Positions 24,741 to 34,756 of a stretch of DNA of 64,000 bases are shown here, piece after piece (the first letter of the stretch is position 1; every line of letters begins with the position of its first letter). The notes under the pieces are model-generated. The model searched no databases and was not told where the DNA came from. It worked only from the letters and a program-made list of their open reading frames with translations. Where the stretch lies: contig JAUSGG010000015.1 of NCBI GenBank assembly GCA_030649165.1, positions 29,238 through 93,237 of the forward strand. Direction: 5' to 3'. A program made the translations under genes and the position numbers. Source of the DNA: Armatimonadota bacterium. GTDB taxonomy: Bacteria; Armatimonadota; UBA5829; JAUSEB01.

Positions 24741-26585
24741 ATGAACTCGCTGACTCTGCTCGCGATAACTCTTTGTCTTTTCGCGCTTGCATACAGATAT
24801 TACTCGGCGTTTTTGGCCGCGAAAGTGGCCATTCTCGATCCCAGGCGCCCAACCCCGGCCCATCAATTCCGTGACGGGCACGACTACCACCCGACCAACA
24901 AGTACGTCCTGTTCGGCCACCATTTCGCCGCCATAGCCGGGGCGGGGCCATTGATCGGACCCGTGCTGGCGGCGCAATACGGCTATCTTCCGGGCGCCCT
25001 ATGGATACTTGTCGGCTCGGTTTTCGCCGGCGCGGTGCACGACTACATCAGCCTTTACGCGTCTGTCAGGAACGGCGGCGAGTCGATCTCTAGAATCGCG
25101 CATAAGTACCTTGGCGGACCCGCGGGCTGGTGCACCGGAGTCGCCATTCTGTTCATCATAGTCGTCGCGTTGGCGGGTCTAGCGCTGGTCGTGGTCAATG
25201 CTCTCTCCGAAAGCGCGTGGGCCGTCTTCACCATCGCGTGCAGCATTCCGATAGCCTTCCTGATGGGCCAGTGGATGTATAAGATCAGGCCCGGCAAAGT
25301 CACGGAAGCGACGATCGTTGGCGTGATTCTGCTAATGGTCGGGGTCATAGCCGGAGGGCCGTTATCCGGCGTCAAGTGGTTCACCGAAGCCTTCACCTAC
25401 AAAGAATGGGTCCTAAAGCTGGCGCTTCCCACGTACGGGTTCATAGCCGCCGCGCTGCCCGTCTGGATGCTGCTCTGCCCGCGCGACTACCTAAGCTCGT
25501 ATATGAAGATCGGGACGGTCGCGCTGCTGGCGATCGGCATATTCGTGGTGCGGCCGGAACTGCAGTTTCCCGCGACGGCAAACCTCGGCGGCGGGCCGAT
25601 CATCCCTGGCCCGGTGTGGCCGTACGTCTGTCTGACCATCGCGTGCGGCGCCATATCCGGGTTCCACTCTCTGATCGGGTCGGGAACGACGCCCAAGATG
25701 ATCAACAACGAGTCGGACATCCGCTTCATCGGCTATGGCGCGATGCTCACCGAAGCGTTCGTGGGCATAATGGCCCTGATCGCGGCATGCGCGCTGCAAT
25801 TCCAGGACTATCTTGCGATTAACGTGAAGCCTGAGGTCTTCGGCCCCGCCCCGGCGCATTTGGCTGTGCTTGCAAGGCAGGTGGGAGAGGCGAGTCTTGC
25901 CGGTCGCACGGGCGGCAGCGTCACACTCGCGGTCGGCATGGCGCAGGTCTTCGGCGCAATACCCGGGATGAAGGCTCTGATCCCGTACTGGTATCACTTC
26001 GCGATTATGTTCGAGGCGCTGTTCATCCTGACCACCATCGACACGGGCACGCGTGTGGCCAGGTTCATTCTGCACGAGATCGTGCGGGGGCTCCATAGGC
26101 CGCACGTGACCAAGTCCTCGCTCCCCGCGACGATCGCGACCAGCGCGCTCGTCTCCTTCTTCTGGGGCTATCTGCTCTGGGGAGGCTCGGTCCAAACCAT
26201 TTGGCCGATGTTCGGCGTAGCCAATCAGCTCCTCGCCATAATCGCGCTTGCAATAGGCACGACGTTCATACTGCTGAAATCGGCGAAGAGGAGCTACGCG
26301 CTCCTGACTTTCGTCCCGTTCGTGTTTATGGCGGTGACGGTGCTGACGGCCGGGGTAAGGAATATCACCAGCATCTACCTGCCGATCATCCTGGGGCGTG
26401 TGCCGAATGCGGCTGATAAAGTCACGGCGATGGGCATAATGGCGACTTTGACCGCCATCATGATCGGCCTGACCGCCGTGGTCATCGTCGCAAGCATCCT
26501 GCGGTGGGGAGGAATCCTCACCAGCGGGCCACGGCAGCCCGAAGTGGAAGAACCCGAGCCGGAGCGGGAAGGCGTGTACGTTTAG
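24741..26585 (+). CDS. cstA: Carbon starvation protein A (peptide/pyruvate transporter family)
   Basis: Start MNSLTLLAI with RBS GAGGA. CstA N-terminal conservation. Confidence 0.85.
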   Translation: MNSLTLLAITLCLFALAYRYYSAFLAAKVAILDPRRPTPAHQFRDGHDYHPTNKYVLFGHHFAAIAGAGPLIGPVLAAQYGYLPGALWILVGSVFAGAVHDYISLYASVRNGGESISRIAHKYLGGPAGWCTGVAILFIIVVALAGLALVVVNALSESAWAVFTIACSIPIAFLMGQWMYKIRPGKVTEATIVGVILLMVGVIAGGPLSGVKWFTEAFTYKEWVLKLALPTYGFIAAALPVWMLLCPRDYLSSYMKIGTVALLAIGIFVVRPELQFPATANLGGGPIIPGPVWPYVCLTIACGAISGFHSLIGSGTTPKMINNESDIRFIGYGAMLTEAFVGIMALIAACALQFQDYLAINVKPEVFGPAPAHLAVLARQVGEASLAGRTGGSVTLAVGMAQVFGAIPGMKALIPYWYHFAIMFEALFILTTIDTGTRVARFILHEIVRGLHRPHVTKSSLPATIATSALVSFFWGYLLWGGSVQTIWPMFGVANQLLAIIALAIGTTFILLKSAKRSYALLTFVPFVFMAVTVLTAGVRNITSIYLPIILGRVPNAADKVTAMGIMATLTAIMIGLTAVVIVASILRWGGILTSGPRQPEVEEPEPEREGVYV

Positions 26586-26690
26586 GGTTGTGAGGTTTAT
26601 AAGGTTTATAAGGTTTATGAGGTTCCAGGGGGTCAAGGCTCCAGGGGCTTCGTTGGTTGGGCAAACCCTATAACCCTATAACCTTATAAC
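26586..26690. repeat. Inverted pair of tandem octamer arrays (GGTTTATA x3 ... AACCCTATAACCCTATAACC) in a convergent intergenic region
   Basis: Read directly from sequence. Confidence 0.7.
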
Positions 26691-27364
26691 TTGTCATAAC
26701 AGTACCTCGGATCCCAGTACGGCTTCCTGACCCCCGCCTTCCTTCCCGACGACGTTCTCGCGTTGAAGTATGATGGTTCCGATTCCGGCCCGACGTCTTT
26801 CATCCCGACCGTCTGAACGTGGCCATCCACGAACGCCGCATTTATCCTGGCGCCGTCGGCTATCGGTCCCCCACCCCAATGGAACGGCTGCCGCTCGTAT
26901 AGCATCACTTGTTTCGCCGGGAACGCGAAGTACTCCTTGGCGAAACCTGTCCTGGCGGCAACGTTGACGGCGTGTTTGTAGTAGTAGGAAATGGAGCTTC
27001 CCCGCCCGTTGGCGTCCGATGGACAGTAATAGGCGTCCGGGTGCTCCACGAATTCCGCGATAGCCCCGGCCCAGGTCGTCGCAGGGCCGGCGGTTGCATT
27101 TTTCTTCAGCTTGGTCTCGAAGGTCAGATCGTCCTTGGCGACGCCTGACACCGGGAAACAGCCCTGCCAATCCTCGACGTACATCGACATTGCGTTGGCC
27201 AGTTCCTTGAGATAGCCCTGACACGATGGCTTTCGGGCGGGCTCGCGGGCCTTGGGAAAAACGGGAGCCAATATGGCTATCAGGATAGCCACGATACCCG
27301 CCACAACCACCCACTCAAGCGGCGTGAGTCCCCTTCTTCGCGGAGGAGCCATTCGTCTTACCAT
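26684..27364 (-). CDS. Prepilin-type N-terminal cleavage/methylation domain plus DUF1559 protein
   Basis: N-terminal region RRGLTPLEWVVVAGIVAILIAIL followed by the DUF1559 body. C-terminal KPYWDPRYCYDKL. Confidence 0.75.
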   Translation of the reverse strand: MVRRMAPPRRRGLTPLEWVVVAGIVAILIAILAPVFPKAREPARKPSCQGYLKELANAMSMYVEDWQGCFPVSGVAKDDLTFETKLKKNATAGPATTWAGAIAEFVEHPDAYYCPSDANGRGSSISYYYKHAVNVAARTGFAKEYFAFPAKQVMLYERQPFHWGGGPIADGARINAAFVDGHVQTVGMKDVGPESEPSYFNARTSSGRKAGVRKPYWDPRYCYDKL

Positions 27365-27394
27365 AGGCCAGCGCCTGCCTTTCCTACACAGAGC

Positions 27395-28102
27395 TTATTG
27401 GTGCTTATCAAAGCAGTACCTCGGGTCCCAGTACGGCTTCTTCACTTTGGCCGCCTTGGGATTTGATGTGTCTAGGAAGTTGAAGTACCGCGGTTCCTTG
27501 TCCGGGGCGACGTCGATCATTCTGACTGTTGATACGTGGGTGTCCATGAACGCCGCATTGACGGATGCCCCATCCATGATGGGTCCCCTGCCCCAGTGGA
27601 ACGATTTCCGCTCGTAAAGGACTATCTGCTCCGCGGGCCAGTTGAAATCGGCTTCGACCAGACCGGCCTGTCCTGCACGATTCACCGCATGCTTATAATA
27701 GTACGAGTTGTGCACGCCTCCCGCTGCCGGATCGCTGGGACAGCGGAGAATATCCGGCGAAGAGCGACGGTATTTATCTGTAGCACGCACCCACGTGGTC
27801 GCTCGACCCGAGTTACCGGGTGCGCCAGAGGTGATCTCGAACTCCTCATCATTGCCGCCTTTCACGGCGCACGGAAACCTGAGATCATGGTCCTGAGCGT
27901 ACATGTTGACCGCCAACGATAGTTCCTTGAGATTAGACTGGCAACCGGCTTTTCTGGCCGACTCCCTTGCCTTTGCGAATACGGGAAACAGTATCGCCGC
28001 GGGTATCGAAAGCAGCAAGAGCAGGACTACGCACCCACCGCAGGCAATGAGCGCGATCAAGCCGCCCGATAATCCTTTTCGCCGTTCAGGCTGAGACTCC
28101 AT
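27395..28102 (-). CDS. Prepilin-type N-terminal domain plus DUF1559 protein (tandem paralog)
   Basis: AILFPVFAKARESARKAGCQSNLKEL. C-terminal KPYWDPRYCFDKHQ. Confidence 0.75.
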   Translation of the reverse strand: MESQPERRKGLSGGLIALIACGGCVVLLLLLSIPAAILFPVFAKARESARKAGCQSNLKELSLAVNMYAQDHDLRFPCAVKGGNDEEFEITSGAPGNSGRATTWVRATDKYRRSSPDILRCPSDPAAGGVHNSYYYKHAVNRAGQAGLVEADFNWPAEQIVLYERKSFHWGRGPIMDGASVNAAFMDTHVSTVRMIDVAPDKEPRYFNFLDTSNPKAAKVKKPYWDPRYCFDKHQ

Positions 28103-28153
28103 AACATCCCCCTCCCCTATTCACCACGCTAAGACCCTACAACTCCACCAACC

Positions 28154-29179
28154 TCATAAGCCTACGGAACCCAACCTTACCTTCAACTGGTCGAGAACCA
28201 CGGCGAGCAGAATAACCCCGCCCTTGATCACCATCTGCCAGTACGTGGAAACGTCGGTTATGTCCAGCCCCACCGCGAGCACGCCGATCACCAGCGATCC
28301 CAGCAGCGTACCGGCGACGCTGCCCGTCCCGCCCATCAGGCTCGTGCCTCCCAGCACGACCGCCGCGATAGCGTCCATTTCGAACATCTGACCGGACTTT
28401 GGATCTCCGGCGCCAACGCGCGCCGCAAACATCAGACCACTCAGGCCGGCTAACAACCCGGCGATAGTATACACTCCCAGTTTCGTGTGTGCTACGTTGA
28501 CGCCGGACAGCCGCGCAGCTTCCTGATTCCCACCGATCGCGTACACGCGCCGGCCGAAATCGGTTTGCGTCAAAACGACATACCCCACGACAAATACCAG
28601 AATCGCCAGAGGCACGAGGGGCGGAATCGCCCTCAATATCGACGGCCCGCCCACTACATTAGTGAACGCTGTCGGCAGAGGACTGATCGGCACGGCGTCC
28701 GTGAACACCATCGAAAGACCCCTGGCGGACCCCATCATTGCCAGTGTGGCGATAAACGGCGTGACCCGGAGACGGGTGATGCAAAAGCCGTTGAACGCTC
28801 CAGCCGCCGCGCCGACGGCCATACTGACCATCCCGGCTACTAAGACCGCGACGACGAGTGGCCACGCCGTCACGGCTGGGCCCTGATGCATCCTTGAAAA
28901 CACCTGCAGAAGCGACATCGTCGACAGCACGCCCGCAAGAGAGAGGATCGAGCCGACGGAGAGGTCTATGCCTCCACTGATGATGACAAATGTCATCCCC
29001 ACGGCGATTATCGTGTTGATCGCGGTTTGCTGCAGTATGTTGACTATGTTGCTGCCGCTCAGGAACAGGCCGCGAGTGACGTAATCGAAGTACAGGCAGA
29101 GGAGAACAAAAAAGACCAGTATGCCGTAGGAAAGGAGCTTAACGAGCAGGTTTCTGACGCCGATGTCCGGTTTGCCCAC
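28154..29179 (-). CDS. Sugar ABC transporter permease (RbsC/branched-sugar family)
   Basis: Multi-TM permease, in an operon with the ATPase and the substrate-binding protein. Confidence 0.8.
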   Translation of the reverse strand: MGKPDIGVRNLLVKLLSYGILVFFVLLCLYFDYVTRGLFLSGSNIVNILQQTAINTIIAVGMTFVIISGGIDLSVGSILSLAGVLSTMSLLQVFSRMHQGPAVTAWPLVVAVLVAGMVSMAVGAAAGAFNGFCITRLRVTPFIATLAMMGSARGLSMVFTDAVPISPLPTAFTNVVGGPSILRAIPPLVPLAILVFVVGYVVLTQTDFGRRVYAIGGNQEAARLSGVNVAHTKLGVYTIAGLLAGLSGLMFAARVGAGDPKSGQMFEMDAIAAVVLGGTSLMGGTGSVAGTLLGSLVIGVLAVGLDITDVSTYWQMVIKGGVILLAVVLDQLKVRLGSVGL

Positions 29180-29182
29180 GGG

Positions 29183-30694
29183 TCACTCTCCACCCGTAGC
29201 CAAATGCATGATCTTCTCCTGCGTGGCGTCTTCGCGGGAGAGTTCGCCGGCGAGCCGGCCCTCGTGCATGACGAGGATGCGGTCGCTCATGCCGAGGATT
29301 TCAGGCAGTTCGGACGATATCATAATGATCCCGGCGCCGTTTTCCGCCAGCCGATTCATCAACTGGTAAATCTCCACCTTTGAGCCTACGTCGATTCCGC
29401 GAGTCGGTTCGTCAAAGATCAGAATTCTCGACTGAGTGAACAGCCATTTCGCGAGGACGACCTTCTGCTGATTCCCACCGCTCAGGTTCTGCACCGTCTG
29501 CTCGGTCGAAGGGGTTTTTATCATCAGATCGGCGATGTACCTGTTGGCGACATCGCGTTCCCGTTTCCTGCTGACGAAGCCCAGGCTCGCCAGGCTGCCG
29601 AGGTTGGCCAGTGAAATGTTCTCCCTGACCGCCATTCCCAGCACGAGACCAAGAGCTTTACGGTCTTCGGTTACCAGACCGATTCCCAGGCGAATCGCGT
29701 CCCGCGGAGACCGGATGTTCACATCCTTGCCGTCCAGCCGAATCCTGCCGCCGTCGATTGGATCCGCGCCGAAAACGGCCCTCGCGACCTCCGTGCGTCC
29801 CGCGCCGACGAGACCCGCTATGCCAAGCACCTCGCCCCGACGCACTTCAAAGCTGACGTCTTCAATGGCTCCGGCGCGCTGGAGATGCTCCACGGACAGG
29901 ATCACGTCACCAATCGAAGCGGGCTTCTTCGGTATCTTCTCCTTCAACTCCCGGCCTACCATCATCTGGATGATATCTTCGCGGTCCGTGTCCTTCACGT
30001 CCTTGGTTGCGACCAAATGGCCGTCACGAAGGACTGTCACCCGGTCCGCGATCTGGAAAATCTCCTCCAGTCGGTGGGAGATGTAGATGATGCTTACGCC
30101 CTGCTCCTTGAGCGACCTGATAAGCGCGAAGAGGTTATCCAGCTCGTGCTCGGTGAGCGTGGCGGAAGGCTCATCCATCGCGATAATGCGGGCGTTTCTG
30201 GAGGTCGCTTTCGCGATCTCAACCATCTGCTGCTGCGCCACCGAGAGGCGGTTCACCGAAGTTCGGACGTTCAGCTTGACGCCCAGACGATCGATGATCG
30301 CCTGGGCGTCGCTGTACATCTTCGAGAAGTTGACAAATCCGGGGATGGCCGCTCTTGGCTCGCGGCCCAGGAATATATTCTCAGCTGCGGTCATATAAGG
30401 AACCAGGTTGAACTCCTGGTAGATAATGCTGACGCCGAGGGCCATAGCCGACTGAGGCGAGTCTATGTGCGCCGGCTGCCCGTCGATAATAATCGCCCCC
30501 GAGTCGCGCGATTGCGCGCCGGCCAATATCTTCATCAGCGTCGATTTGCCCGCGCCGTTTTCGCCGACTAGAGCGTGGACTTCTCCCTCGCGGACCTCGA
30601 AATCGACGCCGTCGAGCGCTCGCACACCGGGGTAAGTCTTAGCAATGCCCTCCATTCGGAGGACGGTTCTCTCTTCGGCTGCTACTGGAGTCAT
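29183..30694 (-). CDS. Sugar ABC transporter ATP-binding protein with duplicated NBDs (RbsA-like)
   Basis: Two Walker A motifs (GENGAGKST, GLVGAGRTE) and two signature motifs (LSVAQQQ, LSGGNQQK). Confidence 0.85.
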   Translation of the reverse strand: MTPVAAEERTVLRMEGIAKTYPGVRALDGVDFEVREGEVHALVGENGAGKSTLMKILAGAQSRDSGAIIIDGQPAHIDSPQSAMALGVSIIYQEFNLVPYMTAAENIFLGREPRAAIPGFVNFSKMYSDAQAIIDRLGVKLNVRTSVNRLSVAQQQMVEIAKATSRNARIIAMDEPSATLTEHELDNLFALIRSLKEQGVSIIYISHRLEEIFQIADRVTVLRDGHLVATKDVKDTDREDIIQMMVGRELKEKIPKKPASIGDVILSVEHLQRAGAIEDVSFEVRRGEVLGIAGLVGAGRTEVARAVFGADPIDGGRIRLDGKDVNIRSPRDAIRLGIGLVTEDRKALGLVLGMAVRENISLANLGSLASLGFVSRKRERDVANRYIADLMIKTPSTEQTVQNLSGGNQQKVVLAKWLFTQSRILIFDEPTRGIDVGSKVEIYQLMNRLAENGAGIIMISSELPEILGMSDRILVMHEGRLAGELSREDATQEKIMHLATGGE

Positions 30695-30696
30695 AC

Positions 30697-31617
30697 CTAT
30701 TGCTTCTTCTCGGCCTCCAGGGACTCCTTGTCGATGATGCCGACCTCAACCGGCTTGTTCGCAGGGACCTTCTCACCGCTGAGATGACGCGAAACCATCT
30801 CGATTGTGGTCTTGCCGATTTCCCGCGGATACTGCACGGCGTCCGCTTTCAACGGGCTGCCCGCAAGAATGGCTTCTCTCGCCTCGGGATCGCCGTCGTA
30901 GCCGACGACAACAATATCGGTTCTCTTGGCGTGGCTTAGAGACGCAAGGACCCCCAGCGCGGTGTTGTCGTTGATCGCAAACACGCCTTTGATGCCGGGG
31001 TGGGCCTGCAGCATGTTGTCCATCGCCGCCATTGACTTGGCTCGGTCGGCGTCGCCGTTCGGGCGGCCCACGACCTTTATCTGAGACTTGCCGACCGCCT
31101 CCATGAAGCCCTTGGTTCTGTCCTGTACGCTTGTCACGGTGGGATAGTCGATGACAACGATTTCGCCCTTGCCTTTCAGAAGCTTCACCATGTGTTCGCC
31201 CGCGAGCCGTCCGCCGGCGACGTTATCTGAGGCAATATGACAGACCACGTCGCCGCCCTTCGCCGCGATGTCCGCGGTAAACACGGGTATCTTCGCATCG
31301 TTCGCTCTGCGAATCGCCCCGACAATACTGGCCGAGTCCACCGGACAGATAACGATGGCGGCGACCTTCTGCGTTATGAAGCCGTCCACCTGCGAGTTCT
31401 GCGTCCCCAATTGCGTCTCCGCCGACTGGATGCGCAGCGTCATGTTCCTGGCAGCCGCTTCCTCCTTCATCGCTTTCTCCATCTGCTGGTAGAAAGGATG
31501 CGCCTTGGTAAGCAGCGTTACGCCTACCACCGGTCCGGTCGAAGTCGCGCGCTTGGCGCACGACGAAAGCGTCGCCGCAACGGCGACGGCTGCAAGTACA
31601 GCAGCAATCTTCTTCAC
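30697..31617 (-). CDS. Sugar ABC transporter periplasmic substrate-binding protein (RbsB-like); GTG start
   Basis: Signal peptide with lipobox-like SSC. Periplasmic-binding fold motifs. RBS AGGAGG. Confidence 0.8.
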   Translation of the reverse strand: MKKIAAVLAAVAVAATLSSCAKRATSTGPVVGVTLLTKAHPFYQQMEKAMKEEAAARNMTLRIQSAETQLGTQNSQVDGFITQKVAAIVICPVDSASIVGAIRRANDAKIPVFTADIAAKGGDVVCHIASDNVAGGRLAGEHMVKLLKGKGEIVVIDYPTVTSVQDRTKGFMEAVGKSQIKVVGRPNGDADRAKSMAAMDNMLQAHPGIKGVFAINDNTALGVLASLSHAKRTDIVVVGYDGDPEAREAILAGSPLKADAVQYPREIGKTTIEMVSRHLSGEKVPANKPVEVGIIDKESLEAEKKQ

Positions 31618-31636
31618 GATCTAGCCTCCTGAATAA

Positions 31637-31662
31637 AGGCGGCGCATTCGCGCCGCCTCGTA
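31637..31662 (-). terminator. Intrinsic terminator (GGCGGCGCGAATGCGCCGCC followed by TTTATT on the minus strand) between the TPR gene and the ABC operon
   Basis: Perfect 8-bp GC stem with a T-rich tail on the minus strand. Confidence 0.6.
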
Positions 31663-31753
31663 GTGGAACCTGTCTCGATTTGCAGTCTCAAACCGCAATC
31701 TTTTACTATCCCTCCAGGTAAGATACCTGGAGGGATACAATTTACAATCCGCC

Positions 31754-34543
31754 CTACGGCCCCAGTGAAGGCATGGACGGCTGAGCCACCGGCCCCGCCG
31801 GCGGCGGGCCTGGAGCGTTCTCAGGTCCAGGGAACCGAGGAATATCCGGCGGAGGAGCGGGCTGCGGCTTCAGACGCCGAAGAGCTGCCTGGACCTCCTG
31901 ATTGGAGGGATCACCGTTGCTCAAGCTCTGAAATTCAGCCACCGCTTCCTCGGTCTTGCCCAGATACTCCAGACATTGCGCCATTCTGACCTGCGTCTGA
32001 TCGACGCCAAAGAAGAACATCTGTCTGCTCTTCCAATTCTTGTACGCCGCCAGCGCGTCGGCGTATTTCCTCTGGCTGAAGTAGATGTTTCCGATTCCCT
32101 TGTAGGCAGACGCCTTGGGATTCTCCGGAATCCCGGTAATGGCCAGAACTTTCTTGTAGGTTGCCAATGCCTTGTCCGTCTGCCCGGATTTTTCGTAGTA
32201 CGCGCCTAACGCCAAGGTCGCCTGTGGGTCCTTGGGGTCCTTCTTCATCTGCTCCTCGACGGCCGCAATAGCCTCCGGAGCGCGGCTGGCCTTGGCGTAC
32301 TCATCCAGCATGATAGTGTACAGACCCGACATTCCAACGTCCTTCTTGCCCAATAGCGACTTGAGGTAAGCGAGCCAATCGCTGGTTGTCTTCGTGTCGT
32401 TCTTGTCCGTGACGAGTTTCTGCAGCATGCGCAGAGCGTAACTCTGTGACGGCTTCTTATCCAGGGCTTTCTTGTACTGTTCTATAGCCTCATCGACTTT
32501 CTTCTGCTTCTCATACACTCGCGCAAGTCCGATCGATGCTTCCTCATCGTCGGGCTTCGTCTTGAGTATCTCCTGGTACTGTTTTGCGGCTTCGTCCATA
32601 TCGCCGTCCTGCCGCGCAAGCAGCGTTTGGGCCAGAACATAACGCGAAGTCGGATTCTGAGGTTTGGCGTCGATGAGCTTACGGTACTCCGCCAGCTCAT
32701 CTTCCTCTTTGCCGGTCTTCTTCTTAACAGCCGCCGCCACCATACCGTAGAACTCGCGGCTGTCCGGGTTCATATCGATGAGCTTTCTGTATTCCTCGAT
32801 GGCCTGATCGAGCGTTGCCGTGTCCTTTTCGTAAATCTGCGCCAGTCCCCGACCCGCGTCCGTGCTTTTTGGGTCTTTCTCCAGGTATTGCTTATATTGG
32901 TCCGCGGCCTTCGCCAGTTGGTTGTCCTTCTCGTACACCGATGCCAGAGTTCGGAATGGGTCTATTCGCCGGTCGGGATCTTTGGGGGCCTTGGGATCTT
33001 TCGGTTCCTGGGGCGGCTTCATCTTCAAGGCCATCTTCTTGGCCGCTTCAAGTTCGGGGATGGATTTCTCGCGCTCCGCTTTGTCCTCCGCGCCTGCGTA
33101 CAAATAAGCGATCTTCATCTGCGTGTCCAGATCGTCCGGCTTGAGCTTCAGAATCGCCCTGTACTGTTCGGCGGCCTTGTCGGTTATTTTCTGCTGCTGC
33201 AGATAGGACGCCCGGGCAGCCATAGCTTCCGTGTCCTTCGGGTACTTCTCCACCAGTTGCTGGAACAGCCCCAGGGCCTTCTGCTTTTCGCCCGCCTGAT
33301 CGTATAAACCCGCCAGCCTGAGGCCCGTTTTCACATCGCTGTCCCGAGCCGCGTAAAGCTTCTCCACTATCTGGAGGGCTTCTTTTGGTTTGCCGCCCAC
33401 CTGGTAAAGATAGGCGAGTCCTTCAAGGATAACCGGATTGTCCGGATCGATCTTCTGCGCCTGCTTATAGTGAATCTCAGCCTTCTGATTGTCTCCGAGG
33501 TACAGCTCGGCGAGACCAAGCATACCAGCCGCCTGTGGGTAGTTGGGGGCCTTCTGCACGATGGGCCGCAGATATTCGGCCGCCTTCTTGTAGCCCTCTT
33601 TGGAATTCTTGGACGTTCTGTCCATGAGGAGGATTCGCGCTGCGTTCAGTCTCGCCGGGGCCAACCAGGGATTCTTCGCCATCAGTTTCCTGTAGTATTC
33701 CAGAGCGAGCTTGGGCTGTCCGGTTCGCTCGTACATGTTGGCCACGGCAAACTGAAGCTGCGGGTTGCCGGGATTCCTGGCGAGCGCCTTCTTATATATA
33801 GCCAGGGCTTTCTTCGGCCCATTGACCTTGTCCGCCTTTTCCTCGATCGATGCCTGCATTCCCAGAATCCGGTCGTCTTTTGGAGCCACAGCCGCCGCTC
33901 GCGCCAACGCCTGCCGCGCCTTCGCGTAATCGCCCGCTTGGCCGTAGATGATCGCCTGGTTAAAGAAGGCCCCCACATTCTTGGGATCGAGCTGGGCCGT
34001 TGTGCGGAACTCCCTCAACGCGCCGGCGGTGTCTTTTTTCATCAGGTAGGCGACACCGAGCATGAAGTGGATGCGCGGCTCTTTCGGTTTCAGCTTCACG
34101 GCCTGCTGTCCCATTGAAACGGCATCTGAAAGGCGGTTCGTCTGCATGTACATCTGCAGGAGTTGCATCCGCACATCGATATTCGCCGGATCGAGTTGGG
34201 CAACCCTTTTCAGGTGGGGCTCCGCGGATTTGACATCCCCCTTTGCGAGGTATGTCGTGCCCAGGTAAAAATAGCCGGCTGGGCTTTGCGGAGCGATCTT
34301 GATAACCGCCTTGAACTCCGCGATGGCTTCGTTCAGCTTACCCTTTTTCCGGTATTCCATTCCTTTGAGCAAATGCTGCTGGGCGAGCTGCATCGCCTGG
34401 CTCGGCGCCGCGGAGGGCTGCGCCTGAGGTCCTCCCGGGGACGGCCATTTGAAAGAGGATTGCGCCAAACCTGCCGTTGCCATACAACCGGCAAGTCCGG
34501 CAATAGCGGCAAGACTTATGAGAGAGCGCGGTATGCGCATCAA
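31754..34543 (-). CDS. Secreted tetratricopeptide-repeat protein, 929 aa, with a Pro-rich C-terminus
   Basis: Signal peptide. Many TPR-like A..Y..G repeats. Confidence 0.8.
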   Translation of the reverse strand: MMRIPRSLISLAAIAGLAGCMATAGLAQSSFKWPSPGGPQAQPSAAPSQAMQLAQQHLLKGMEYRKKGKLNEAIAEFKAVIKIAPQSPAGYFYLGTTYLAKGDVKSAEPHLKRVAQLDPANIDVRMQLLQMYMQTNRLSDAVSMGQQAVKLKPKEPRIHFMLGVAYLMKKDTAGALREFRTTAQLDPKNVGAFFNQAIIYGQAGDYAKARQALARAAAVAPKDDRILGMQASIEEKADKVNGPKKALAIYKKALARNPGNPQLQFAVANMYERTGQPKLALEYYRKLMAKNPWLAPARLNAARILLMDRTSKNSKEGYKKAAEYLRPIVQKAPNYPQAAGMLGLAELYLGDNQKAEIHYKQAQKIDPDNPVILEGLAYLYQVGGKPKEALQIVEKLYAARDSDVKTGLRLAGLYDQAGEKQKALGLFQQLVEKYPKDTEAMAARASYLQQQKITDKAAEQYRAILKLKPDDLDTQMKIAYLYAGAEDKAEREKSIPELEAAKKMALKMKPPQEPKDPKAPKDPDRRIDPFRTLASVYEKDNQLAKAADQYKQYLEKDPKSTDAGRGLAQIYEKDTATLDQAIEEYRKLIDMNPDSREFYGMVAAAVKKKTGKEEDELAEYRKLIDAKPQNPTSRYVLAQTLLARQDGDMDEAAKQYQEILKTKPDDEEASIGLARVYEKQKKVDEAIEQYKKALDKKPSQSYALRMLQKLVTDKNDTKTTSDWLAYLKSLLGKKDVGMSGLYTIMLDEYAKASRAPEAIAAVEEQMKKDPKDPQATLALGAYYEKSGQTDKALATYKKVLAITGIPENPKASAYKGIGNIYFSQRKYADALAAYKNWKSRQMFFFGVDQTQVRMAQCLEYLGKTEEAVAEFQSLSNGDPSNQEVQAALRRLKPQPAPPPDIPRFPGPENAPGPPPAGPVAQPSMPSLGP

Positions 34544-34756
34544 GGGTCTCCTTTCGCGGACTCCATCCGGGTCCGCATTGGTGAATCTTCTGAAATTCTA
34601 TGAACTGGCTCAGCAAAAGTCAAGGGAGGGGGCCGGAAGCGAGTGGAATGTGAGGAGTCGGGGGAGTCAGGAGAGTCGAGGGAGTAGACCGCGTCCCAGA
34701 ACGAACCCCTGAACCCCTAAGCCCCTATGACCCTGGAACCCTAACAACCTACAACC

